DNA from: the human T2T-CHM13v2.0 reference genome, Homo sapiens
DNA length: 64,000 nt
NCBI RefSeq assembly: GCF_009914755.1
Contig: NC_060945.1
Reading direction: 5' to 3' (one strand)
The notes under the pieces are model-generated. The model was not told the origin of the DNA and did no database searches. It saw nothing but the letters and a program-made list of their open reading frames with translations. A program made the translations under genes and the position numbers. This document shows, one piece after another, positions 35,895 through 55,679 of this stretch (positions are counted from its first letter, which is position 1; every line of letters starts with the position of its first letter).

Positions 35895-37956
35895 ATATAT
35901 ATATATATATTATATATATAATAATATATAGTATAATGTAAATAATATATATAAAATATATGTAATTTTGTTTTAAATCCTGCATCTTATATATATTATA
36001 TGTAATATAATAATTGATAACACATAATTATATATATACTATATGACATATAATGTATATTATATTTTAAGACATATATATTATATATCACATATATAGT
36101 ATATTATATGTATAATATATGTATTAAATATATAATATACATTAGATATCATATATTATATCTTTCATATATAATATACAATATATAATAATATATAATT
36201 ATATATATACAATATGACATATATATATTCTATGAGATATATAATATATATTATGTATTATATATATTATATGCATAATACATATATTAAATATATATAT
36301 GTATGTTATATATTATATATAATTTATGTTATATATTAAATATGTTGTATACAATATATATTTTATATATAATATATAATGTTATATATAATGTATCATT
36401 TATCATATATAATATAATATATATCATACATTATATATAATATACACCATATGTGATATATAATATATAATATACGATGTATGGTATATGATATATATAA
36501 CATATAATATATCATATATGACCTATAATATATGATATATAATACAAAATATATGATACATAATATATATGGTATATGATATATACTGTGATATATACTA
36601 TATGATTTATATTTTATATAAATATTTAATATTATAACTATATATTATATATAGCTATATATTACATATAACTATATATTATATATAACTACATAATATA
36701 TTATGTATAGCTATATAATATTAAGTTATATATAATTTATATTTTTTATATAACAATATATTATATATTATATTATATTATTATATATTACATAATATAG
36801 ATTATATATCACAAAATATATGTTACATACATAATATTAAAGTATACATTATATTATATTAAATATCATATATATTATGTATCATATATTATATATTACA
36901 TATTATATATTATATATTTTATACGTTATATATTACAATATTATATATTATACTTAGTTATATAATTATACATATAACTATATAATTATATTATAAATAT
37001 AACTATATTATTATATAATTATATATAATAATTTATGTAATATATAATTATATGATTATATAATTATATTATATATAATTATATCATATAATTATTTATA
37101 TTATATATAATTATATCATTATATAATTATTTATATTATATATAATTGTATAATTATATATATTATATTATATATTAAATATCATATATAACATAAAATA
37201 TATATTATACCTCATATGTATTATGATGTATTATACATCAACTATATATTATATATAAATATATAATATACTATTATATATAACTATATAATATTAAATT
37301 ATATATAACTATATAATATAAAGTTATATAAAATCTTATTATATATTTTATATAATATATCATGATATATCATATATTACATTATATTATATATTACATA
37401 ATATATATTATATATCACATGATATATGTTACATACATAATATTAAAATCTACATTATAGTATGATATATTAAAATCATATATATTATGTATCATATATT
37501 GTATATTATATATTATACATTACATATATTTTATATTGTATTATATATTACACTTATAGTTATATAAATATACATATAACTATAGTTATATAATTATATA
37601 CATAGTTATATTATATATAATTATATGATTATAACTATTTAGATTATATACAATTATATAATGACATATATTTTATTACATATAAAATATAATATATAAC
37701 ATAAAATATATATATTATATATTATATATGATATATTAGATATGTTATATATTATATCTAACTATATGTTATGTTATATATAAATATATATTTTCATCTA
37801 TATGATATATAATGTATATGTATTTTATACTATATATTATGCAATATATATAATATACATAATATGACATATGATAATTATATAGTATGACAATATATGA
37901 CATTATATATTACATATAAAGCATAGTATATAATATATAATATATATCATATATAA

Positions 37957-38812
<856 letters not shown>

Positions 38813-40075
38813 AAATATATATATATTATATATATATAGTATAATATATATAATATATATAACATATATATAATTTTGTTACATCTTGCATCTTATATAT
38901 ATTATATGTAATATAATTGATAATATATAATTACATATATACATGACATAATATATATTTTATGACATATATAATAAAAATTATATATCACATATATATT
39001 ATATGTATAATATACGCATTAAATATATAATATACATTATATATAATATATATAGTATCTGTTATATATAATATATAATATATAATATATATACAATATG
39101 ACATATAATATATATTATATTTGACATATATTATATATTATATAATACATAATATGTATCATACATATATTATATATTATATGTATGTGTTATATATTAT
39201 GTATAATACATGTGATATGTTACATACTATATATGTTATATATAATATATGTTATAATTTTTAATTTATTATATATAATATAATGTATATCATATATTAT
39301 ATATAATATACACCATAGATTATATGTAATATATAATATACAATATATTAATATACAATATATGGTATATGACATATATATCATATGATATATATGCTAT
39401 ATAATATATGATATATAACATCCAATATATGATACGAAATATATATGATATATAATATATATTATACCATATACATTAACTATGATTTATATTATATATA
39501 ACTATATTGTATATAACTATATATTATATAAAACCATATATTATATATAATTATATATTATATGATATATATTATATTATTATATATTACCTAATATATA
39601 TTATATATCATATGTTACATATATAATATGAATATATATATTATGATGTATTAAATATCACATATATTATGTATCATATATTGTATATTATATATTATAT
39701 ATTATATATGTGATGTATTATATATAATTACATATAATTATATAATTATACATATAACTATATAATCATATAATTATATATACAATTATTTATATTATAT
39801 ATAATTATATAATTATATACATTTATATTATATATAATTATATTATATATATAATATATAAAATATAATACGTAATATAAAATATATATATCATATATGA
39901 TATACTATATATATGTTGTACATTATATATAACTATGTTATATGACATATAATTATATATTTTCATATATAAGTTATATAATAATGTATAATATGTATTA
40001 TATATTATATGTATTATGTAATACATAATATATATAATATATATAATATGACATGATATATATTATGACATATAA

Positions 40076-40990
<915 letters not shown>

Positions 40991-41991
40991 AAATATTATA
41001 TATATAAGTATACATAATTATATATAATATATGTATTATATATTTATATATATAATTTCCTTTTACCTCCTGCATCCTTATATATATTATATATAATATA
41101 ATATATAATAATATATAATTATTACATGCAATATATGTAATATAATTATATATGTAATTATATATAATTATATATATAATTACATATAATATATAATTAT
41201 ATATATTATAAAATATATTATACATAATATATAATATATAATAAATTATATGACATACAGTATATAATATAGATTATATAAAATATATGTCATATATAAT
41301 ATATATCATATATAATAGATAATATAATATATATTATATTTTATATAAAATATATTATATATAATATATAAGTTTATATTATATATAAGTATATAATATA
41401 TAATATATTATGATATATTATATATAATGTATAGTATAATTATATGATAATTATATAAAATATAATAAATAACATATATTATATATCATATATGTTATAT
41501 ATGTATTTTATCTTATATAGTATATATCATATATGAAAAATAATATATATATTATATACCATACATGATATATAATATATATCACATATACCATGATATA
41601 TAATATACAGTATATATATTATAGATTATAACATATTACATACTATAGATTAAATATATATATTATATTTAATATATATTATATATATCATATTATATAT
41701 GACATATCATATATATAATATATATTATATATCATATTATATATGACATATCATATATATTATATGATATATCATATATGTGATATATATAATATATATT
41801 ATATAATATATATCATATATATGATGTATTATATATAATTTATATAATATATACTGTATCATATATATGATATATATATGATACTATATATTATATATAT
41901 TATATATAGTATGACATACTATATGTATTGCATATATTATATATTACATATATAATATATAATATATGTAATGTATATTATATATATATAA

Positions 41992-42850
41992 TTTTTTTCA
42001 GACAGAGTCTTCTTCTGTTGCACAGGCTGTAGTGCAATAGCGCCATCTTGGCTCACTCTAATCTCTGCCTCACGGGTTCAAGCGATTTTCCTACCTCAGC
42101 CTCCCAGGTTGCGGGGAATACACCACACTGGGACTACACCAGCTGCCACCATGCCTGGCTAATTATTTGTATTTTTAGTAGAGACAGGGTTTCACTGTAT
42201 TGGCCGGGATGGTCTTGATCTCCTCACCTTTTGATCCTCTTGACTTGGCCTCCCAAAGTGCTCGGATTACAGGTCTGAGCCAAGATACATATTTTTTAAA
42301 TGAAGAAAAATTTCTAAGGTACTCTGCTTGGTACAATAATCAAATATATAAATTGATTAATAAAACATAACCATGAAACATATTTATAACTGCATATGGA
42401 AAATACAGTGGATAATTTTTTAAATAGGATATTTTGAAAGCATTAACTAGTAATTTGAAGAGTTCGCATTTGACAGGCCAGTATGAACATACGTTGAATG
42501 CAGCAACACAGGTTCCCCATAAGAAAAATCAAAATCAGGGAAAATGAAACCACAAATGTTCAATCTGCTGTGACCTTCGAAAAATTCAGCACAGACAGTG
42601 GCACTTAGGACCAAGGGCAGGAGATCCCTAATCCCATCACCATGGCGATAGGGTATAAACATTCCACGGTGAAGGCACAATCCACATTGTGAGGTCCAAC
42701 TGCTGCCATGCAGACAGTTGTGCTTTTACATGTACAGGAAGGTCATTGAAGGCTCATTGTTCTGTTTCAAAAACTGAATCCCAAGCCCACATATTATTAT
42801 GCTGTGCTTCTTAAAATAAGTTATTAGATTCGAAATAGGACACCCCCAAA
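41992..42850 (-). repeat. HSat1B copy 7: antisense Alu (41992-42281) + HSATI core
   Basis: Same cassette, offset ~1.86 kb. Confidence 0.9.
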
Positions 42851-43851
42851 TATTTATATATATATAATTATAGATAATATAATATAAAATATATATAATA
42901 TATATATTATAGATATTTCCTTTTACATCCTGCATCCTGATATTATATATATTATATATGATATAATATAAAATATATAATTATATATATTGTATAATTA
43001 TATATAATTATATTTATATAATTATATATAATTATATTTATACAATTATATATAATTATATAATAATATATAATATATACTATATACATTATATATTATA
43101 TAATATATAATACATATAGTTTATATTATATATAATATATAATATATATAATATGTAGTATATAATATATACTACATATTATATATAATATATAGTTTAT
43201 ATTATATATAATATATAGTATATAATATATATGATATATATCATATTATAAGTACATTATATTATTATATATTATATTAAACATATAATATATATATTAT
43301 ATAGAATAATATTATATAATATATAATAATATTAAATTAAATAATAATTATAATATATATTATGATATATAATACAATATAATATATAATTACATATCTT
43401 ATAATATATAATATGTAATATATATCATATTTTATATATGTCATATATATTACATATCATATATATTCTATATCATACACAATATATAATATATATCATA
43501 TATGTAATTTATATCATATATAATATATATCATATATAATATATTACATATGAAATACATTATATATAATATATTATATATCACATATTATATATCATAT
43601 ATATAATATAATGACATATTATATGTAATATATATTATATATTATCATATATATTATATATAATATATAAGATATATAACATTTTATATACAATAAATTA
43701 TATATTTCATATAATATATATTCTATGTCATATATATTATATATAATATATGTAAATGACATAGAATATATATTATATATATCATATATTAGGGCATATT
43801 ATATATGATATATATTATATATTACATATGTCATTTATTATATATATATAA

Positions 43852-44714
<863 letters not shown>

Positions 44715-44785
44715 GCCAATAGTGAGAGTTTCAAATTGAGGAAAGGCACAACTGATATGTTGAGAATAAACAGAGATTCCATTCT

Positions 44786-45975
44786 GTTTTTTCTTTTTCA
44801 ACTTTTATGTTAGATTCAGGGTCTACATGTGCAGGTTTATTACCTGGGTGTATTGTGTGGTGCTGAGGTTTGGGGTGTGAATGATCCCAACACCCAGGTA
44901 CTGAACATGGTATTCAGCAGTTTTTCAACCTTTTCCTTCCTCCCTCCCCCTCCTAGCAGTCCCTAGTGTCTATTTTCACCATCTTCATATCCATGGGTAC
45001 TCAGAATTTAGCTCCTACTTATAGGAACATGAGGCGTTTGTTTTCTGTTACTACATTAGTTCACTTCCTGGATTCCAGCTGTAGCCATTTTCCCTCAAAG
45101 AACATAATTTCATTCTTTTTTGTGGCTGCATAGTATTCCATGGTCTATATGTACCACATTTTTATCCAGTCCACTGTTGATAGTCCACTGTTGATGGGCA
45201 CCTAGGTTGATCCCATGTCTTTGCTAATGTGAATAGTGTTGCAATAAACATACAAGTGCATATGTCTTTTTGGTGGAATGATTTGTTTTCTTTTGGATAC
45301 ATATTCGGTAATGAGGCTGCTGGGTTGAATGTTAGTTCGGTTTTATGTTCTTTGAGAAATCTCCAAATTGCTTTCCACAGTGGCTGAACTAAATTACATT
45401 CCCACCAAAGGTGTATAAGCATTCCCTTTTCTCCTTATCCTCGCCAGTATCTGCTATTTTTTTTTTTTTTACTTTTTAAAAATAGCCATTCTGACTGGTG
45501 TGAGATAATATCTCATTGTGGTTTTGATTTGCATTTCCCTCGTGATTAGTGATGATGAGCATTTTTTTCATGTTTGTTGGCTGCATGTATGTCTCCTTCT
45601 GAGAAGTGTCTATGTCTTTTGCCCCTTTTTAAATGGGGTTGTGTTTTGCTTGTTGAATTATGTTCCTTATAGATTCTAAATATTAGACCTTTGTTGGATG
45701 CATAGTTTGTGAATAATTTCCCCCATTCTGTAGGTTGTTTACTCTGCTGATGGTTTCCTTTGCTGTGTGGCAGCTCTTTAGTTTAATTAGGTCCCATTTG
45801 TCAACTTTTGCTTTTGTTGCAATTTCTTTTGAAGTCTTAGTCATGAATTATTTCCCATAGCCCATATCCAGAATGGTACTTTTGAAGTTTTTCTTCCAGG
45901 TTTATTTTAGTTTGAGGTCTTAAATTTAAATCTTTAATCCAACCTGAGTTAATTTTTGTATATGGTGAAAAGGTG
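44786..45975 (-). mobile_element. LINE-1 3' fragment (older L1PA / L1PB type)
   Basis: Antisense L1 3'UTR (acatgtgcaggttt…gatcccaacacccaggta). Minus ORF 45162-45422 resembles the ORF2p C-terminus (HLWWECNLVQPLWKAIWRFLKE…CTCMFIATLFTLAKTWDQPRCPS). Confidence 0.85.
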
Positions 45976-45980
45976 ACCAG

Positions 45981-46293
45981 TTTTTTGTTTTTTTGTTTTT
46001 GTTTTTTGTTTTTTGAGAGGTAGTCTTCCTTTGTCACGAGGCTGTAGTGGAGTGGTGCCATCTCAGCTCACAGCAACCTCCACCTGCCGGGTTCAAGCGA
46101 TTCTCCTGCCTCAGCTTCCTGAGTCACTGGGATTACAGGCACGTGCTACCACACCCAGCTAATTTTTGTATTTTTAGTAGAGACAGGGTTTCACCATGTT
46201 GGCCTGGCTGGACTCGATCTTCTGACCTTGTGATCCTCCCACATTGGCCTCCCAAAGTGCTGGGATCACAGTCATGAGCCACTGTGCCTGGCC
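45981..46293 (-). mobile_element. Alu (AluS-type)
   Basis: T-rich tail, then …gggttcaagcgattctcctgcctcagc…cccaaagtgctgggatcacagtcatgagccactgtgcctggcc. Confidence 0.92.
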
Positions 46294-46619
46294 AATAAGG
46301 TGCATTATTAACATCAATAAAGCTCAGGAACCAGCTTTCACCATATTTTTGTTTAATTTACAGTTTTTCTCAGAGTCTTTGGAATAGATTCCTCCCTCCA
46401 TGAGCCAGAGAACTTACAATGTTCACTGCAGTGTCTTTAAATGTAGCAGTAGCAGCTGTGGGTTGAGAACACAAGTCTTCCACTTTTCCTTTTAGAGCCA
46501 GCCATTCATGGTGCTCTGTGTTCTTATTCAGCATTGGGTAGGGGCATCTGGGTGCTGGGCATAGCACCAGTGCCCCATGGAGGAGGGAGGCAGGAAGCCC
46601 CTTTCTTCCTTCTCTAAAA

Positions 46620-47975
46620 CCTTTTTTCTTTATGTAGATCCAAGTTTTTAGCCTATATCATTTTCTTCTCTCTGGATAACTTCTTTTAACATTTTGACAG
46701 ATCTACTGACAGCAAATTTGTGTTTCTCTGAGAAAGTCTTTTTCTTCACTTTGGAAAGATAATTTTGCAGGATACAGAATTTTAGTTTGGTGGAATTTTT
46801 TTGCTTGCTTGCATGGGTTCTGAAGAAAAGTTTGATGCAATTTTTATTCTTATTCTAACAGGTGTTAGGCCCTGCTAAAGCCCAAGGTGGTTAGACTCTT
46901 GTGAAATGGTTTCCCTGGGGCAGGCTTTTGCTAAGGAGAACGGAACACCCAGGGCATATTTCAAAGTAGTTACTTTTCCCCTTCCCTGTGGGAAGCAGGA
47001 GGGAATTTTTCTCTGATGTGCATAAGAGCGTCTGGCAGAGCTCTTGGAGGTTCATGAAAGTGTAGGGCCCCCTAAGACTGGGCTCCCTTAATTCTTAATT
47101 CTCAAGTTTATGTGCATGGAGCCTCCAGCGATTTGTTGTTTACATGTAAGTCTTCCCACCGTGGTTCTGGCTCCAGTGGCCAGCCTCCGATCCTGTTAGG
47201 CTGGGACTCACTGCCTCTCCAATTTGGGGGATAACGGTTTGCCCTGTTAACCTCAAGTCTCTGATGGATCTAAGAAAAGTTGTTAATTTTCAGTTTGTTC
47301 AAGGTGTTTTTTGTTGTCGTTGTGAGGACAGGAGTGACAGCTTCCAAGCTGGAAAACAGAAGTCACATTTGGGTTTTGTTTCAAGATATTTTTCCAATGA
47401 CAGAGAATGATGCCACACACATTTCCATAGATGTCTTTTGATGCAGATGTGCATGCGTTTCTGTTATCCTAAGAGTGAAATACCTGAGTCCTAAATGTGC
47501 TCCTTTCTAGAACCTTTATTCAATGCCAAACACAGTATCCCCTCCAGCAGTGATGAGAGTTCTTGTTGCTCCAGATTCTCTCCAACACTTGGTGTTCTAT
47601 CTTTTACATTCTAGCCGTTTTGGAGGATATGTTATCCTGTTGTGATGTTAATTTGCATTTACATGAATACTAAGAAAGCTGAACACATTCAAGTTTTGCT
47701 TTTATCAATTACACGTTTAAGTGTTTTACCCATTGTTCTTTCTCTTAGTGATTTTTAAGAGCTCTTTACATATTGTTGATGTGAGCCCTCTGTCAGTTCT
47801 ATGTGTTCATAGATCTGTTTCCACTCTGCAACTTGTCTTGTCACTTTCTTAGTGGTGTCTCTTAATAAACAGAAATTCTTAATTTGAATATAGTCTAATT
47901 TATCAACTTATTCCCTTAAAACTATGGCTCATTGTGATCTGTTTAAGAAATCTGTCCCCATTCATGGTCATAAAA
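46620..47975 (-). mobile_element. Degenerate ancient L1M fragments
   Basis: L1M-like antisense motifs (ctgagaaagtctt…gaaagataattttgcaggatacagaattttag; gatgagagttcttgttgctccagattctctccaacacttggt). Boundaries are approximate. Confidence 0.5.
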
Positions 47976-47978
47976 ATC

Positions 47979-48291
<313 letters not shown>

Positions 48292-48951
48292 CTAGGATTT
48301 CTAATTTGAAGACAGAAGCAATAAACAAAATGAGAAACCAAAATACATTCGTTTTGATTAAAGCTGAGGTCAGCCATAACTCTGAACCTAAAAAGGAGGT
48401 CACCTGAAGCAGCTGTGAGTGAGCAGGGTAAGATAGGAAGCAGAGAACCGATGCTCATTGCCAGATCTTAGGAAAAAAATAATAAATTAGGATGACATAC
48501 TTTTGCAAAATTAAAGAAATCCCCTGAGGTGCTAATACAAAATTTCATTTGTGATAGGACTAATAAAGAAATTCAGCTAGTAGTGGGATCTGTCGTGGAC
48601 TGAGTTTGATTCCAAGAACAGAAGAGGCAGGACCAGTGAGAAATAGCACAGACATATTTGCAAAAGCAGCCCTCCCACGTTAGGAAGAAGGGATACTTTT
48701 GCACAGTGAACAGCACTACAACTGCTCATCTCTTTCATGTACTATCACACATGGAATGACTGAGATACTCCTGTGTTCCACACATAGTCCTCCCTGCCCC
48801 TACTGAATAGAGAAACCCAATTTCACCTTGGCTATCTCTAGATCAATTACCTGTTAATAGGTCTGCTGTTTTCTTTACCGTTAGTTTCAAGAAGAACTAA
48901 ATATCCCCAAATGGTATTTCAGCTTCCACTTAATGAAACCTGTCATCTTAA

Positions 48952-50007
<1,056 letters not shown>

Positions 50008-50856
50008 GAAGTTAGTTTCCTCCCTGGGGAATCAATATCTCTAAATGAGGAGAACCCAAAGTTTCACAAAAGGGAAGAAAAAGTCTGCAAGTGCAAATTA
50101 GGCATAATAGTGCAGGGAGCCCCCTCCCCTTGACTTTCAGATTCATGTGTTTTTGTTGTAAGATAAATAACACTACACGGTGGTCACTGACTCTAAGTTT
50201 ATACCACACACTGTAGGACAACATCCCAACCTCACTATGTGTTGTTTACCAGCTGGGAGCATTAATTGAGTTACATGATTCCATTCCATCATGTCAGATT
50301 CTTCTAGGTGATAGGGATTATGTTGTAAATCCAATGAATTGCACAAACATGAGCCTAATACCATATTTTTTTTTGCAGTGAAATGAATTCCTTAGTCAAA
50401 AACAATGTTGTATGGGATATCATGATGGTGAATAACAAATTATTTAAGTTCACTCATGGTAGTACCAGCAGAAAAATTGCAAATGTAAAAGGTGAGTTCG
50501 TACCCAGAATAAGTGTCTATTTCGGTGAGAACAAAATCCCTGAGGGATGGGTTTCAATGTCATCAATCTGCAAGTTGACTGGGTAGCCCCTGAGGGAAGG
50601 CTGTCATATTAGCCTTAGTTGTTCTACATTGGTCCAGATACAATTTGATTATGTAAAGTCGTGAATACCTTCTATCCTTAATATTATGTGCATCTGTTCA
50701 TGAGCCCATTGAACAAGTATCAGCTGACTAACATCTATTATATAACATGTCATTGTATGCATACGATTACTCCTCTTCAGTGGATTCCCTCTAATAAGAA
50801 TTTACTTGGGCTACAAGTATTTTCATACTTCGTGTCTATTTTAAGAAGTCATCTTC

Positions 50857-51157
50857 GGCTGGGCTTGGTGGCTCACACCTGTAATCCCAGCACTTTGGAA
50901 GGCCAAGGTGGGCGGATCAGGAGGTCAGGAGATCAAGAACATCGTGGCTAATACAGTGAAATCCAGTCTCACCTAAAAATACAAAAAAATTAGCTGGGCC
51001 TGGTGGTGGGCACCTGTAGTCCCAGCTACTCAGGAGGCTGAGGCAGGAGAATGGCGTGAACCCAGAAGGTAGAGCTTGCGAGCTTGCAGTGAGCTGAGAT
51101 CGCTCCACTGCACTCCAGCCTGGGTGACAGAGTGAGACTCTGTCTTGAAAAAAAAAA
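50857..51157 (+). mobile_element. AluY-like
   Basis: ggatcaggaggtcaggagatcaag…ggctaatacagtgaaa…gaatggcgtgaacccag…gagcttgcagtgag, with a small internal duplication gagcttgc. Confidence 0.9.
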
Positions 51158-51570
51158 TCCAACTATTCAAAAGTAAAGAAAAAAATATGTCAATCCACCA
51201 TGTGTCCACTGCACACCATCACAAATTTTAAACCATGCATGAGCTCACATTTTGAATAGAACGATCTTGGGGACAGGGGACACTAAAAGCCCCAAATATG
51301 GTCCTGTGTGGCATAATGGTTTTTTGGTAAATGCTACACTGCATACAATGGTGGTCGCTTAAGATAACAGAGCTGAAAAATTCTTACCATCTAGTAACAC
51401 TGTGGCCATGATGACATCATAGCACAACGCATTACTCATGTGTTTGCAGTGAGGCTGGTATAAGCAAACCCACTACATTTGTCAGTGGCATTAAAGGTTA
51501 GCACATCTAATTATGTACCATATGTCATACTTGGTAATGATAATAAATGACCATGTGACTAGTTTATGTA

Positions 51571-51983
51571 CAGTTGCTCCTTGAACAGCATGGATTTGAA
51601 ATGCACAAGTTCACTTATATGCAAATTTCCTTCTGTTTCTCCCACCCCTGAGACAACAGGATCAACTTCTCCTCTTCTCTTCCTCAGGCTGCTCAACATG
51701 AATATGCAGACGAAGACCTTTATGATGATCCACTTTCACTTAATGAATAGTAAACATATTTTCTCCTCCTTATGATTTTCTTAATAGAATTTTCTTTTCT
51801 CTTTCTTTAAGAATACAGTATATAATTAACAAATTATGCATTAATTGTTTATTTGATCAGCAAAGCTTGCAGTTAAGAATAGGCTATTAGTAGTTAAGTT
51901 TGGGGATAGCCCAGAGTTATATATGGATTTTCAACTGCACAGGAGCTGGTCCCCTAACCCTTGCACTGTTCAAGGATCAACAG
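51571..51983. mobile_element. Tigger2a (MER28-type), full length, nested in Tigger3b
   Basis: TIRs cagttgctccttgaacag … ctgttcaaggatcaacag with TA duplications at 51569-70 and 51984-85; internal gaagacctttatgatgatccac. Confidence 0.85.
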
Positions 51984-52638
51984 TATTTACAATACTATAC
52001 ATTTTATTCATATTTTAGAGTGTAGTACTTCTACTCATGAAAAATAATTAACTATAAAACAGCGTCGGGAAGGTCTTTCAGGAGTTCTTCCAGAAGAAAG
52101 CCTTGTTATCATAGAAGATGACAGCTGCATATATGTTATTGCCCTTGAAGACCCTGAAGACCTTTCACTGGGACAAGATTTGGAGATGGAAGACAGTGAT
52201 ATTGATTATCCTGACCCTTACAGGGCTAAGCTAGTGTGTGTGTTTGTATCTTAGTTTTTAACAAAAAAGTTTAAAACATAAAAAATAAAAATAAATAAAG
52301 CTTATCAAATAAGGATGTAAAGTATTTCTGTACAGCTGTTCAATGTGTTTTTGTTTTAAGATGTGTTATTATAAGAATCAAAAAGTTAAAAAAATTAAAA
52401 GTTTATAAAGTTACGATAAGCTAAGATGAACTTGTTAAAGAAAGAAAAATTTCAAATACATTTAGTGTAGCCTAAGTGTACAGTGCATATAAAGTCTATA
52501 GTTATGTACAGTAATATCCTAGGCCTTTGCATTCACTCACCAAGTACTCACTGACTCATCAGAGCAACTGCCAGTCCTGCAACCTCTGTTCATGCTAGGT
52601 GTCCTATACTGGTGTACCACTCTCTTTAACTTTTGTAA

Positions 52639-52918
<280 letters not shown>

Positions 52919-52982
52919 TACTATGTTTTTACTGTATCTTTTCCATGTTTAGATATTACTATTGTGATATAACTGCCTACAG

Positions 52983-53618
<636 letters not shown>

Positions 53619-53959
53619 GCCTACTGTATTCAGCACAGTGACGTGCTGCACAGGTGTGTAGCCCAGGAGCAATAGGCTGTACGATATAGCCTAGGTATGT
53701 AGTAGGCTACACTGTCTAGGTTTGTATAAACTACATTCTATGGTGTCTGCACAGCCACAAAATCACGTAATGATGCATTTCTTGGAATATATTACCATTA
53801 AATGAGATTTACCTGTATTAGTGTCATCTCAGGTTTATTGTCTAGTAATTTTAAAAGTATTTGTATATTCTTTCCCAGACACATCATCATACTCCGGTGC
53901 ATATCTCTATTTTATTCCCTAGACCCATTCTTAATTTTTCTACGTTCTGCTTTGTTCCT

Positions 53960-54290
53960 TAGGAGGCTCACCTGAATTGGATACTGCAGAGATCTCCCTT
54001 ACCCTCATGCTTTTATTGGGGTTCAGCTAATGGAGGGGGTGGCAGAAGATAGGTGAGAGAAGAGTGTGTTTATCCCCCACCTCTGCCCCTGCAGGGTCAG
54101 CACAGGCAGACTGTGTCCCTTTGCTGAAGATCACAGCTTCTGTCTGGTGCCTTCTTGGCAAGCTGGCACTCTCTCTAGTCAGGTGACTGCTTGGTCCCTT
54201 ACTACTTACACTCTTCTGTCTGGTTTCTTTGTGTCTTTCCTGCTGTGCTGTAAGTAGTCCCTTTATTAGAATCCATCCACATTACCCAGT
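53960..54290. mobile_element. Old ERVL LTR fragment (LTR33 / LTR16-like)
   Basis: ggggttcagctaatggagg…ctgtgtccctttgctgaagatcacagcttctgtc resembles the recalled LTR33-type consensus. Confidence 0.4.
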
Positions 54291-54965
54291 TATATAAAGA
54301 CAAATAGTTGGTCACTGATCTAGTTCACTCCCTGAGAATCAGCCTTCATCAAAGATCCCTAGCAGTCAGATATTCTGTTGGCCGCTCCATTCCTGCTCCC
54401 CATTATTCTAGTTGTGTCTTCCTTGTCTCTAGTGCAATCACAAAGCATAAGCGCCTCCACTGTCACTTGTTCTAGGATCACATCATTCCCCTTGAAATCA
54501 GAGAACCCACAATCTCCCCAAGCCCACAAAATTCAGCCGTCACAGTACTTTTCAAGCATGCCAGCAGCCCTCCCCAACAAACGAATCCTTAATTTCTTAG
54601 AGAAACATCTTCTGGGGCTTCCTGTGGGACACAGTGGGGGTCGGCTTGGCATGTGGATCACACCTGATATTTTTACCCCCACCTCCTACTATTCCTATTC
54701 CTTTGTATGCACCTCTCTTTATTATGCTAGGAAAGCTCTGGCAACACAACCTCAAAATAAGCAGGCCAGTGTGGATTCACAGTTTCTGTCAGACAAACTT
54801 GAGCACCCCTTCTAACTTCTTGGGCTAAGACTTTAACTTCAGAATCTCTATGTATCCATGTTGATAAACTTAGCCTATGTCAAGATTATATTCTGCATGC
54901 CTTAGTCAAACACCATGTAAATCTATGCCTCATATATTCTCTAGGCTTTAGCTGATAGGGATTAG

Positions 54966-55329
<364 letters not shown>

Positions 55330-55679
55330 GACTCCATTGCACTCTTACAGACCATGTTGACAAAATTATAACTGCAACAGTCAACTACAATAGCAATTTT
55401 ACCTCTCATATACCACTTGAAAAAACACATCATTCCCAATAACCACATTTGATGATTTAAGTAATCACGATACCACCGTACACTACAGATGATCAGGTTT
55501 CTGTCTCCTCCTGACAAGAAGGTCAGGAATTCATTCCGACTAAAACGGGTCAGCAAACCAGTTCCAGGTTCTCATCTGTAAAGATCTACTTCTAGAGGTG
55601 TCCACCTGGAGCCTGGTGAACATTGGACATCAAACACCAGGTTGACACTATTTCTTCATCTTCAACAAAAACCACACAA

